From Minisyncoccota bacterium (lineage in GTDB: Bacteria > Patescibacteriota > Minisyncoccia > Phycocordibacterales > GWA1-40-21), in the NCBI GenBank assembly GCA_041663045.1, contig JBAZRH010000001.1:276403-340402 (forward strand): 64,000 nt of DNA. The letters run 5' to 3'. The position numbers were made by a program, and so were the translations under genes. Position 1 is the stretch's first letter. The number at the start of each line of letters is the position of its first letter. The notes below the pieces were generated by a model, which saw nothing but the letters and a program-made list of their open reading frames with translations, ran no database searches and was not told where the DNA came from. Below, in pieces: positions 10,172 through 19,187 of the stretch.

Positions 10172-10417
10172 ATGGGAAGAAAAAGGAAATGGACAGATGA
10201 GGAGCTGATAAAAGAGGCTGGCAGATTGTTCCGAAAAGGAAAGCCCGCGTTTGACGCCGTGAAAGCTGTATTCAATAAGCATGGCATATTCAACCGAGAG
10301 AGGTTTCGTAGAATCCGCCAAGCGATACTTGGTCAGCCTACTGAGCCACACCGGGAGCAACCGCCCCAAGACGATCGCAAGCCGTGGTATTTAGATGAAC
10401 GAACCGGCATGGCCTGA
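10172..10417 (+). CDS. hypothetical protein (cassette)
   Basis: TTGACA(10095)..TATAAT(10119), GGAGG SD, terminator at 10429-10460. Confidence 0.75.
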   Translation: MGRKRKWTDEELIKEAGRLFRKGKPAFDAVKAVFNKHGIFNRERFRRIRQAILGQPTEPHREQPPQDDRKPWYLDERTGMA

Positions 10418-10466
10418 TCAGCACCTCGAACACCCCCGCCTACTACGGGGGTGTTTTTTTATTTAT

Positions 10467-10560
10467 GTGACCTCACGGGGAATCGGTCACGAGTATTTTT
10501 CTGCTGAAAAATCTCGCTACCCCGCCTCGCGCCGTCACGCTCCGGCTTTCGATTCCCCTG
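10467..10560 (-). repeat. subfamily A core enclosed by GGGGAATCG/CGATTCCCC and fused to a tRNA-Glu-type 3' end
   Basis: minus strand GGGGAATCG..GAGCGTGACGGCGCGAG..ATTTTTC-AGCA-GAAAAAT..CGATTCCCCGTGAGGTCACA. Confidence 0.75.
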
Positions 10561-10609
10561 GACTTAAATAAAAATCACCAGCGAATAATGCTGGCGATTT
10601 TTATTTATG

Positions 10610-10681
10610 TGACCCTACAGAGAATCGAACTCTGATTACAGCCTTGAGAAGGCCGTGTCCTAACCGTTAGACGATAGGGCC
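10610..10681 (-). tRNA. tRNA-Glu(CTC)
   Basis: cloverleaf GGCCCTA/TAGGGTC, anticodon arm CGGCC-TTCTCAA-GGCTG, T loop TTCGATT; CCA not encoded. Confidence 0.95.
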
Positions 10682-10705
10682 AATATTAAATTGTTTAAAC
10701 TAAAA

Positions 10706-10950
10706 TCTCGAACCCTGAATTTACCTTCTTACAGAAGCCGTATACCTATTCTGTTTTATATTTCGCTTCACTCATATAAAACCATCATAGGTCTTTCATT
10801 TGGGTCCCTTGCCCAAATTTCAACCTCTCGAAGGCCGTGTCCTAGTCACAAGTCAAAGTCTGCTGACTTTGCTTGCGACCCCCTCTCGTGCCGTCGCACT
10901 CCGATCTTGCGGTTGGGTCCCACCCCAACCTCACGTTAGACGATGAGGCC
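10706..10950 (-). pseudogene. interrupted tRNA-Glu-like copy with two structured insertions
   Basis: minus strand GGCCTCATCGTCTAACG [~90 nt] TAGGACACGGCCTT [~105 nt] CAGGGTTCGA, colinear with adjacent intact tRNA-Glu. Confidence 0.65.
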
Positions 10951-11009
10951 AAAAATCAGCGGGCATTTTGCGAAACAAAACGCCCGTCTCATATTTTTAT
11001 AACATAATA

Positions 11010-12305
11010 TTATCTTTTTTTCCACTCTTCCTCCTGCCTCACAAGTAGTTCTTCTGCTTTTTCTGGTTCTGCCATCACTTCCTCTACAGTTCGTTCCATA
11101 CGAGTTGATTGCGAGCCTTTTATAAGTATAATATCACCCTCCCTTAATATATCCTGCAAGGCTGTACCGGCTTCAACAGAATTGTCAAATTGAAAGACGT
11201 TTAATTCACCAAGACCATTGTCAAGAGCTCCTTCAGCAATCCTCCTCGATCTCACTCCAACAGTCATTAAAATATCTGAGGATTCTGCAACAAGCTTTCC
11301 TGCCTCATAATGTTCTTCTGTTGAGTGTTTACCAAGCTCCATCATATCTGCAAGAACGGCAATTTTTCTGGCTTTTGTCTTAATATCTTTTAGAGCTTTG
11401 AGAGCCGAGTGTAGTGCTACGGGTGATGAGTTGTAAGTATCATCTAAAATTGTCGTATTCTTTATTCCTAGTAATATCCTCATTCTACCCTTCGGCGATT
11501 CGTGTTTTAAAAGTCCTTCACCAGCTTTAACAAGATTCACATCTTGTGAAAGACCAACAGAGATAGCAGCCAAAGATGAATAAATACTCTGCATACCAAG
11601 TGAATATTTTATAATTATTGGTACAGAATTGTTTAAATATCCCACTTTGAAAATCATGCCATCTGGCGTTCTCGTCTTCTCTTCATAATGTATTTCGATA
11701 TTTGACGCTTTAATATCGGCATCACCCAAAAGACCGTACTTTAAAATCCTAGTATTTGCCCTCTGTGTCATTTTCATAGCGTCAACATCATCAGCGTTTG
11801 CAATTAACACCCCGTCATATTTCAGAGCATCTACTAAATACCATTTCTCCTTTATTATTTCATCTCTATTTTTAAAGAACTCAATATGAACAGGAATTTG
11901 TGCAAATCTTGTCAGAACTACTACATCTGGGCGAAGCCACTTCGATATGTTCTTAATATCTCCTGGCCTATCTGCACCAACTTCGAGTATAAGCCATTCT
12001 GGGTAACTCTGTCTCCAGATTATCAATCTTAAACCTTCCCAAATATTATTAAGCCATTTAAAAGGGTTGCTCCAAGCGTTCGGACACCCGAGTATCGTAA
12101 GTGGAATACCAATGTCACTATTAAAACTCTTTTCACTTTTTCTAACGTAAAATGATCCGGACATTACTGAAAAAATAGCGTCTTTTGTGGACGTTTTCCC
12201 AACACTCCCAGTAACCGCCACTACTTTAGGGTTGTATTTCTTCAGGACAAGTCTTGATTCAAATTGAATTATCTTCGTAATTATTTTCTTGAAAATTGAT
12301 TTCAT
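11010..12305 (-). CDS. murF: UDP-N-acetylmuramoyl-tripeptide--D-Ala-D-Ala ligase
   Basis: AVTGSVGKTSTK, NSDIGIPLT, DDTYNSSP, DMMELG, LIKGS. Confidence 0.93.
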   Translation of the reverse strand: MKSIFKKIITKIIQFESRLVLKKYNPKVVAVTGSVGKTSTKDAIFSVMSGSFYVRKSEKSFNSDIGIPLTILGCPNAWSNPFKWLNNIWEGLRLIIWRQSYPEWLILEVGADRPGDIKNISKWLRPDVVVLTRFAQIPVHIEFFKNRDEIIKEKWYLVDALKYDGVLIANADDVDAMKMTQRANTRILKYGLLGDADIKASNIEIHYEEKTRTPDGMIFKVGYLNNSVPIIIKYSLGMQSIYSSLAAISVGLSQDVNLVKAGEGLLKHESPKGRMRILLGIKNTTILDDTYNSSPVALHSALKALKDIKTKARKIAVLADMMELGKHSTEEHYEAGKLVAESSDILMTVGVRSRRIAEGALDNGLGELNVFQFDNSVEAGTALQDILREGDIILIKGSQSTRMERTVEEVMAEPEKAEELLVRQEEEWKKR

Positions 12306-12359
12306 GTTTTTATATTAGCATATCGAGAGTACAAATGACAAAAATGTTTTTATCTTATT

Positions 12360-14099
12360 CTATCTATCTGGCGGTATCTCATAATAATTTATTAAATATT
12401 TTGCAATATCAAAAAAAGGTTTAGAAAGAGTATTTGAAGCAAAATCTATATTTTGAGGTTCGATTGTATATAAAAATACTAAAAATCTTGGATTATATGC
12501 CGGGAAATATCCGAAAAAAGAATGCAAAAATCTGTCTGGATAGTAACCTCCACCATCTTTGGCTGATCTTGCTATCTGTGCAGTACCTGTCTTTGCAGCA
12601 ACGCTATAGTGTTCAATTTTATATTGTCCTTGTATTAAGGCCGTGTCTACCAAGTTTACAAGCATTCTCGTAATCTCTTCTGATGTTCCTTTACTTATTA
12701 TTTGTTGCGCTTCATCTATATAAGAGACTTTCTTAGATAATCCAACCTTATAATCGATCCTCGATACGACGTGCGGGGTAATGAGTTTGCCACCATTCGC
12801 TAACACAGAAAAAGCTCTTGTTGCAGCAATAGGTGTCATAGAAAAACCCTGCCCAAAGGAAGCGTTCGCAAACTCTATTTGTTTTGAACTGCTTAGATTA
12901 GATGTGAGATTGTCTATATTTCCTGCCGACTCACCAGGTAAATCTATACCGGTCTCTGTACCTATACCAAACCTTTTGAAATAATCCAAAAACTTCTGTC
13001 TGCCCATGCTTTGCATAACAAAAGTAGCACCAGTATTCATTGAGTGATTCAACACATCTTGCATACTTGTTTTACCTCTGCTTTTTTTATCAACATTGTA
13101 AACCTTATAGCCGTCTAATTCGATAAAACCATAATCCGTAAATGTTGTTTTTGCACTTATAACGCCAGAATCAAAACCGGAAGCCATAGTAATCGCCTTT
13201 ATTACTGATCCTAATTCGTAAGAATCACTTACAAGTGGATTTGAAAAAACGCCAACATCTTTTTCTTTACTAAAATCATTTAAATTAAACTCTGGATATA
13301 CCCCCATAGCATATATTTCTCCAGTTTTGGGGTCTATTACTATTCCGCCGGTGATTTTCGAATTCCATTTCTTTGTAGTCTGACTAAGTGCATTTTCAAG
13401 ATACCCTTCTACTTCAGGATTTATGGTAGTAATAATATCGCCTTCTCTTTGTGAATCTTGTATAAAATTCTTATTTATATTTGAAAATATTTCGGCAAAT
13501 ACGTTTACATAAATATCACCGCCATCTCTGACTAGAGTATCATTATAGTATTTCTCTAGACCATATCTTCCCTCGAGAGCATCACCGACATCATTATACC
13601 CAACAAAACCAGTAAGACGAGCGGCAAGACTTTCTCCAGGATAATATCTCCATTTTTCTTTTTGAATAATAAGGCCTGTAATCTTCTCTGCATCGATCTT
13701 CTTTACTATTTCTTCTGGAACCTTTCTCGCTATCTCTTCATATGGATCATTCTTCTTTAACATTTTAGAGTAGAAAACGGCAGGGTCTAAAGTAAGATAT
13801 TGAGAGAGCGTCTTATAAACCAGATCTCCATCTAAAATCAACTTTGGACTGACTGCTACTGTATATCCGGTCTTTAATGTCGCGGCAGATACAAGTGATC
13901 CATCTTTTGTTTGAAAAAATATGCTTCCCCTATCAAAAACATTGTTAGATACTGTCGTATATTGTCTATCGGCTTTTTCTAAAAAAATATCACCGTTTAC
14001 AATTTGCAGAAAATACAGTCTAACAGTTAGTAATATAGAAAAAAGAATTATCAGAATAAAGATAAACCTAACCCTTAATGAGAAACTACTTGTTTTCAT
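12360..14099 (-). CDS. ftsI: class B penicillin-binding protein (FtsI/PBP3-like)
   Basis: YELGSVIK (SxxK), SMN, KTGTAQ; position in mraZ-rsmH-ftsL cluster. Confidence 0.88.
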   Translation of the reverse strand: MKTSSFSLRVRFIFILIILFSILLTVRLYFLQIVNGDIFLEKADRQYTTVSNNVFDRGSIFFQTKDGSLVSAATLKTGYTVAVSPKLILDGDLVYKTLSQYLTLDPAVFYSKMLKKNDPYEEIARKVPEEIVKKIDAEKITGLIIQKEKWRYYPGESLAARLTGFVGYNDVGDALEGRYGLEKYYNDTLVRDGGDIYVNVFAEIFSNINKNFIQDSQREGDIITTINPEVEGYLENALSQTTKKWNSKITGGIVIDPKTGEIYAMGVYPEFNLNDFSKEKDVGVFSNPLVSDSYELGSVIKAITMASGFDSGVISAKTTFTDYGFIELDGYKVYNVDKKSRGKTSMQDVLNHSMNTGATFVMQSMGRQKFLDYFKRFGIGTETGIDLPGESAGNIDNLTSNLSSSKQIEFANASFGQGFSMTPIAATRAFSVLANGGKLITPHVVSRIDYKVGLSKKVSYIDEAQQIISKGTSEEITRMLVNLVDTALIQGQYKIEHYSVAAKTGTAQIARSAKDGGGYYPDRFLHSFFGYFPAYNPRFLVFLYTIEPQNIDFASNTLSKPFFDIAKYLINYYEIPPDR

Positions 14100-14424
14100 T
14101 TGTAGACAAAGATAGGCCGTTTGAAGATGGTTTAAGAGCCAAGAATTTCTGGTTTTTTATAGCAATAAAACCTTTGGATACAGCCAGATCCATTGTTATA
14201 GCGTTTTTAGCATTTAGATAGTTAAATTCTGCAGAATTTATACTTGAATTCAATACAGAAACGTCTTTTTCAAGCCTTTCTGTCTTAATGGAATTCATAA
14301 CAACACCATAAACCAAAATTATGTATGAAGCCAAGAGAGATACAAATACTGAGAGAAGAATTCTTGTGACGTTTTTCTCCCCGTATGTGAATTTTCCTAT
14401 TTGGTTTTTAATTGCTTTTGTCAT
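14086..14424 (-). CDS. FtsL-like cell division protein
   Basis: single TM plus coiled coil, between rsmH and ftsI. Confidence 0.65.
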   Translation of the reverse strand: MTKAIKNQIGKFTYGEKNVTRILLSVFVSLLASYIILVYGVVMNSIKTERLEKDVSVLNSSINSAEFNYLNAKNAITMDLAVSKGFIAIKNQKFLALKPSSNGLSLSTNENK

Positions 14425-15311
14425 ACTATTTTTTCAATAACTCTAAGTTTTGCACTTCTCGATCTTGGATTTTCGTGTATCTCCCTTTCACTTGGAACAA
14501 TTGGTTTTTTGTTTATAAGTCTCCCTTCTCCTATTTTTGACTTATCTCTGAAAAAATTTTTAACTTCTCTGTCTTCAACGCTGTGAAAAGAAATTATCCC
14601 TATACGTCCGCCGTTATTTAACAGTGTCCATCCTTTTTGCATACCTTCTTTCAGAGCACTGATTTCATCATTTACTGCTATTCTCAAAGCCTGAAAAGTT
14701 TTTGTAGCAAAATGTATTTTTCCTCTCTTGTATGCTGCGGGTACTGCTCTTTTGATTATCTCTACAAGGTCAACTGTTGTCTTTATCGGCTTTTCTTTTC
14801 TTGCCTCGACAACTTCCCTCGCAATTCTTCTAGAATATCTTTCATCCGAGTAAGCGTAGATAATGTCCGCTATTGTCTCTTCGCTCCAGTTGTTTAGAAT
14901 TATCTCGGCGGTTACGCTTTCACCTTCTCCCTCAGAAAATGTCATAAGGAGGGGTTCGTTATTTCTTAAGGTAAAGCCCCTGCCGGATGCATCAAGTTGA
15001 TCGGATGATAGTCCAAGATCAAGGAGAATCGCATCTACCGAAGAGACACCGACAGAGCTTAAAACCGAATCAATCTTTCTGTAATCAGATAAGACAAGAT
15101 CAAACTTGCAGCCAATCTTTGAAAGACTTGCTTCTGCCCTTCTTATTGCCCCCATATCTCTATCCGTAGCGATAACGCGCACCTTTCCACCAAACTCTGA
15201 ACAAACTTTTGCACAGTGACCAGCTCCTCCAAGAGTACCGTCAAAAAACACGGCCCCTGGTTTAAGATTAAGATTTTCTATAGCTTCATTTAAAAGAACT
15301 GTCTTGTGCAT
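14421..15311 (-). CDS. rsmH: 16S rRNA C1402 N4-methyltransferase
   Basis: HKTVLLNE, DGTLGGAGH, DLGLSS.QLD, TFQALRIAVNDE, NPRSRSAKLR. Confidence 0.97.
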   Translation of the reverse strand: MHKTVLLNEAIENLNLKPGAVFFDGTLGGAGHCAKVCSEFGGKVRVIATDRDMGAIRRAEASLSKIGCKFDLVLSDYRKIDSVLSSVGVSSVDAILLDLGLSSDQLDASGRGFTLRNNEPLLMTFSEGEGESVTAEIILNNWSEETIADIIYAYSDERYSRRIAREVVEARKEKPIKTTVDLVEIIKRAVPAAYKRGKIHFATKTFQALRIAVNDEISALKEGMQKGWTLLNNGGRIGIISFHSVEDREVKNFFRDKSKIGEGRLINKKPIVPSEREIHENPRSRSAKLRVIEKIV

Positions 15312-15315
15312 GGCT

Positions 15316-15750
15316 TTACAGAGCCCCGGCCTGACCTAATTTCTCTGCTAATTGATCGGCCCTTTTCTCCACAACACCCTTGTATTCTTTCCAGGATTCT
15401 TCATTCCAGATTTCAACTCTATCCTGAACACCGACAACTGATACTTTATTCTTAAGATTTGCTCTTGCGACTAAAAATTCCGGTAATAGTATTCTTCCGA
15501 TAGTATCTACTTCCACTTCTGTCGCACTTCCAAACATATATCTGTTGAAGCTTCTGTTGTCCGCTTGAAGCATTGAGAAATCGGAAAGTCTTTCTGAGAT
15601 TTTCTTCCACTGTGCAAAAGTAAATATCCAGAGACAATTATCAAGTCCGGCAGTAATAATAATCTTCCTTCCCATCTCTTTGCGAAATTTCACTGGGAGA
15701 GAGACTCTTTTCTTATCGTCTAGTGTATGTATGTATTCGCCAATTAACAT
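15316..15750 (-). CDS. mraZ: transcriptional regulator MraZ
   Basis: GEYIHTLDDKKRVSLP, DTIGRILLP, GVQDRVEIW. Confidence 0.97.
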   Translation of the reverse strand: MLIGEYIHTLDDKKRVSLPVKFRKEMGRKIIITAGLDNCLWIFTFAQWKKISERLSDFSMLQADNRSFNRYMFGSATEVEVDTIGRILLPEFLVARANLKNKVSVVGVQDRVEIWNEESWKEYKGVVEKRADQLAEKLGQAGAL

Positions 15751-15790
15751 AAGAATTCTATTATTAGTTTAAGGAAGACTTAATAAAATC

Positions 15791-15856
15791 TCTCACTTTT
15801 TATTTTATCCCACTTCTTCCCACTTATGCTGTATTTTATAGCACTTAGTCCCACCA
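15791..15856 (-). promoter_or_regulatory. putative MraZ-binding GTGGG repeats
   Basis: minus strand GTGGGAAGAAGTGGG (10-nt period) plus further GTGGG/GTGAG upstream of mraZ. Confidence 0.65.
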
Positions 15857-16021
15857 AGCAACACCTAGACTGTTGATAAGTTCAAATACAAAAATCCATC
15901 CTTATCTACCAATGGTGGATTTGACATATCGCAGAGATAGGACTAGTATAAAAAATGGAAAATACATGTATACACTCGTGTGGGTGCACTTGTATAGCGA
16001 TGTTGTTTGAAGGAGGTAAAG

Positions 16022-16438
16022 ATGAACAATAAAGACCTTGATTGGAGAGAGATTGTCAGAATAATTGTAGCTATGGTGGCGGTCATTGGAACTGTGGCAA
16101 TCGTCGTAAGTGCTAGTATAAACGTACAACACAAACACGGCCACGACGAAGACACTCGAACGAAAATACCCTTTCATTCTGACCTCAAGTCGGAAATGAT
16201 TTATGGAGGGGTTATCAACACGAGTATCAAGAAATCTCAACAGATCGTCAGGTTTGGTAATAAATTATTGGTTGAGCTCGTCGAATACGACATAACAAAT
16301 GCGAGGTTTACACCAGTCGGTACACGGAGATATTTGTTAAAACTTGATGACTATATCCCCAACATCGGCGAATATGCTCTCGCTATCAAAACACCAAGTG
16401 GGATTAAACTTGTTAAGTATAACCCGCCAAAACCTTAG
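16022..16438 (+). CDS. hypothetical protein with N-terminal TM (cassette)
   Basis: TTGACA(15921)-17-TAGTAT, GGAGG SD, terminator 16455-16495. Confidence 0.75.
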   Translation: MNNKDLDWREIVRIIVAMVAVIGTVAIVVSASINVQHKHGHDEDTRTKIPFHSDLKSEMIYGGVINTSIKKSQQIVRFGNKLLVELVEYDITNARFTPVGTRRYLLKLDDYIPNIGEYALAIKTPSGIKLVKYNPPKP

Positions 16439-16503
16439 TCATCTGGCCATATAAAGCCGCCCGCGAAGGACTCTTGCGGGCGGCTATCTTTATTTATCGA
16501 ATA

Positions 16504-17151
16504 TTATTTTCCTGTTCTAACACATCTTGTCGCTGCGGCTCCACCTGCTGGTTGATGATAAACACTTCCATCAGAAAAAAGTACTATGAATTTGTCCCCT
16601 CTGTATCCTGCTGGAGATGTATAAGTCCAATACGGGCCTTCTGTTGTATTTGGAAAAAAGGTTTTATTTATAGCTGGATCAAAAGAGCCAGTGTCTACAA
16701 TGGAGCTAAGTTCTTTAAGAGTAGGCATTCTCCATTCCTTACTATTTCCACCCAAATTTAATCTCTCACATTCAGATCTGGCTTTAGACCATTCCCGAAG
16801 AGCGGCACTTCCAGAAGTACATTTACTGCCTGACATACCTTGAACACATTTTGCCCAGATAAGACCAGTATAATTATCTGTTATAGTGTTATCGCCATTA
16901 TCTTTATAGTTAGTTGGTGATTCAGGTGGTATACCCCTAGCTAATTGAGTAATTGTGGATGTGGCAATTGGCGTTGTAGATGTTGCTATTTTAATAGTTG
17001 AGAGACCAACCGTCCCGAATTTGCCTGAAAGAAATTCCGCGAGATTCTCTTTCAAAACATGTTTATAAGAGACTCTATCAAAAACAACGAATGAAAAAAG
17101 TAAAACTGCAACAAAAGAGAGTATCAATGTCTTTTTATTTTCTTCTATCAT
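16504..17151 (-). CDS. DUF1566 (Lcl C-terminal-like) membrane-anchored protein
   Basis: DNGDNTITDNYTGLIWAKC, WRMPTLKELSSIVD, PAINKTFFPNT, YWT. Confidence 0.88.
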   Translation of the reverse strand: MIEENKKTLILSFVAVLLFSFVVFDRVSYKHVLKENLAEFLSGKFGTVGLSTIKIATSTTPIATSTITQLARGIPPESPTNYKDNGDNTITDNYTGLIWAKCVQGMSGSKCTSGSAALREWSKARSECERLNLGGNSKEWRMPTLKELSSIVDTGSFDPAINKTFFPNTTEGPYWTYTSPAGYRGDKFIVLFSDGSVYHQPAGGAAATRCVRTGK

Positions 17152-17179
17152 ACTGGTCTAATTAATAATTACTAGTAAA

Positions 17180-18637
17180 TTATCCCTTTCGTTTCATAAA
17201 TGGAAATATCTGACATTCCCTAATCGGCTTGTCCGACAAGAAACTAAAAAGCCTTTCAGAAAAACCGAAACCAAAAGTCGGTGGCATACCGTATTCAAGT
17301 GCTTCGACAAATTCTCCGTCCATCATCTGCGCTTCTTCATCTCCAGTTTCTCGAAGCTTGGCTTGTCCCTCAAATCTCTCCATCTGATCGAGCGGATCAT
17401 TGAGCTCGCTGAAACCCTTACCCATTTCAGAACCAGCAAGGATAACTTGGAACCTTTCTACAAGATCAGGATTTTTTTCCATTCTTTTTGCAAGCGGTTC
17501 CATCATCACCGGCACATTTATAAGGAATCCTGGACCGCCAATTTGCTTCCTGCAATATTTCCACAAACTATCTATCGCTCTGTTTTTATTAAAACCTTTT
17601 TTGTCATATTCGATTTTCAAATCCTGTATTTTGTTTTCCATATCTTTGAGAGATGCGGACAAAATATCCACTTTCGTTATTTTCTTTATTGTATCGACAT
17701 AATCATATCTTTCCCATTTACCACCAAGATCTATGTCAAAGCCTCTTACTTTAAATTTCAGTGTACCAAAAGTCTCCGTGACAATATATTTATACATTTC
17801 TTCTATGAATTTCATGCCGATTTCATAATCTGAATATGCCCAATAAAATTCCATATGCATATAATCTTGCAAGTGTTCTGCATCAGCACCTTCGTTTCTA
17901 AAGATTCTACCTATTTCAAAAACCTTTGGAAAACCCGCAACCATAAGACGTTTGAGCCAAAGCTCCGGTGAAATTCTCAAGTATACGTCTGTATCATAAG
18001 CATTATAATGCGTAATAAACGGCCTTGCATCCGCTCCACCCGCCGTATTCTCAAGAATAGGTGTATCCACTTCCATAAAATTTCTCTCTAGAAGAAAGTC
18101 CCTCGTTGATTTCCAAAACTTCGATCTCTTCACAACCATATCTTTCACTTCCGGATTCGACAGTATATCCAAATATCTTTTTCTTAATCTTTCTTCTTCA
18201 TCTTGAAGACCGTGCCATTTCTCCGGCAAAGGTCTCAAACTTTTCGTAAGCATTTTCCATTCCTCTACCTTAATGGTTTTTTCGCCCTTTTTTGTAATAA
18301 AAAGTGTTCCGGAAACTTCCACAAAATCTCCTATATCCGCAGTATTTTGAAATAGATCAAAAGCACTTGCGTCCATCTCATCTTTCTTGAGAAGTCCTTG
18401 AAAAAGTGCAGTGCCATCATTTATATTGAAAAACATTAAACCACCTTGACCTCTTATGGCTATAATCCTACCCACCAGGTAGATTTTTCCTTTCTTAGAG
18501 ATATTTTCAAAGTCTTTTATAACTTCAGATAGATAGAAATCTCTTTTACTCTTTGCAGGGTAAGGGTTTATACCCCTGGCCTGAAGCACCTTCATCTTCT
18601 CTATTCTCGTATTTCTAAGTTCTTCAAAAGAAGCCAT
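17180..18637 (-). CDS. lysS: lysine--tRNA ligase (class II)
   Basis: KSLRPLPEKWHGL, YLRISPELWLKRL, FRNEG, YGMPPT.GFG. Confidence 0.97.
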   Translation of the reverse strand: MASFEELRNTRIEKMKVLQARGINPYPAKSKRDFYLSEVIKDFENISKKGKIYLVGRIIAIRGQGGLMFFNINDGTALFQGLLKKDEMDASAFDLFQNTADIGDFVEVSGTLFITKKGEKTIKVEEWKMLTKSLRPLPEKWHGLQDEEERLRKRYLDILSNPEVKDMVVKRSKFWKSTRDFLLERNFMEVDTPILENTAGGADARPFITHYNAYDTDVYLRISPELWLKRLMVAGFPKVFEIGRIFRNEGADAEHLQDYMHMEFYWAYSDYEIGMKFIEEMYKYIVTETFGTLKFKVRGFDIDLGGKWERYDYVDTIKKITKVDILSASLKDMENKIQDLKIEYDKKGFNKNRAIDSLWKYCRKQIGGPGFLINVPVMMEPLAKRMEKNPDLVERFQVILAGSEMGKGFSELNDPLDQMERFEGQAKLRETGDEEAQMMDGEFVEALEYGMPPTFGFGFSERLFSFLSDKPIRECQIFPFMKRKG

Positions 18638-18649
18638 TTTAAGTATAAA

Positions 18650-19114
18650 TTATTTTATGTCTATAACTCTATATTTTTGAACGCCAGACGGAGCATTAAA
18701 ACTGAAATTCTCTCCCTTCTTCTTTCCAAGTACTGATGCACCTATCGGCGATCTGTTGGATATTTTACCAGCAGACATATCAGACTCGGCTGACCCTACT
18801 ATCATAAAGGTTCTTTTTGCACCGCCGTCTTTTTCTACAGTAACGGTACTGCCTATAACAGCGTGGTCTCCGTGTTTGTCTTCAACAACCGTCGCATTTT
18901 TCAATATTTGATCTAATTTAGAGATTCTCTCTTCAACGCTTGCTTGTAGAGCTCTTGCTTCGTGATATTCGGCATTTTCCGAAAGGTCTCCCAAACCTCT
19001 GGCATAGTCTAAAGACTCTGCGACTTCTTTCCTCTTTACATTTTTAAGATCTTTAAGTTCAGTCACCAATTCACTATATTTCTGCTTCGTAAGATACTCT
19101 CTTTTTTCTTCCAT
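18650..19114 (-). CDS. greA: transcription elongation factor GreA
   Basis: GDLSENAEYHEAR, ISNRSPIG. Confidence 0.97.
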   Translation of the reverse strand: MEEKREYLTKQKYSELVTELKDLKNVKRKEVAESLDYARGLGDLSENAEYHEARALQASVEERISKLDQILKNATVVEDKHGDHAVIGSTVTVEKDGGAKRTFMIVGSAESDMSAGKISNRSPIGASVLGKKKGENFSFNAPSGVQKYRVIDIK

Positions 19115-19187
19115 ATTTAAAAAGGCTTAAAATAATAATTCAGTGGTTATTCTAACATATTAAAGCTAGAAATCAAAAGATTTACTA

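Noticed and set aside
10706-10950. Group I or group II intron in tRNA-Glu
   Set aside because: Inserts are only about 90-105 nt and lack recognisable P7 or domain V consensus.
16504-17151. DUF1566 protein as a diversity-generating retroelement target
   Set aside because: No reverse transcriptase and no template-repeat copy of its 3' end seen in this window.
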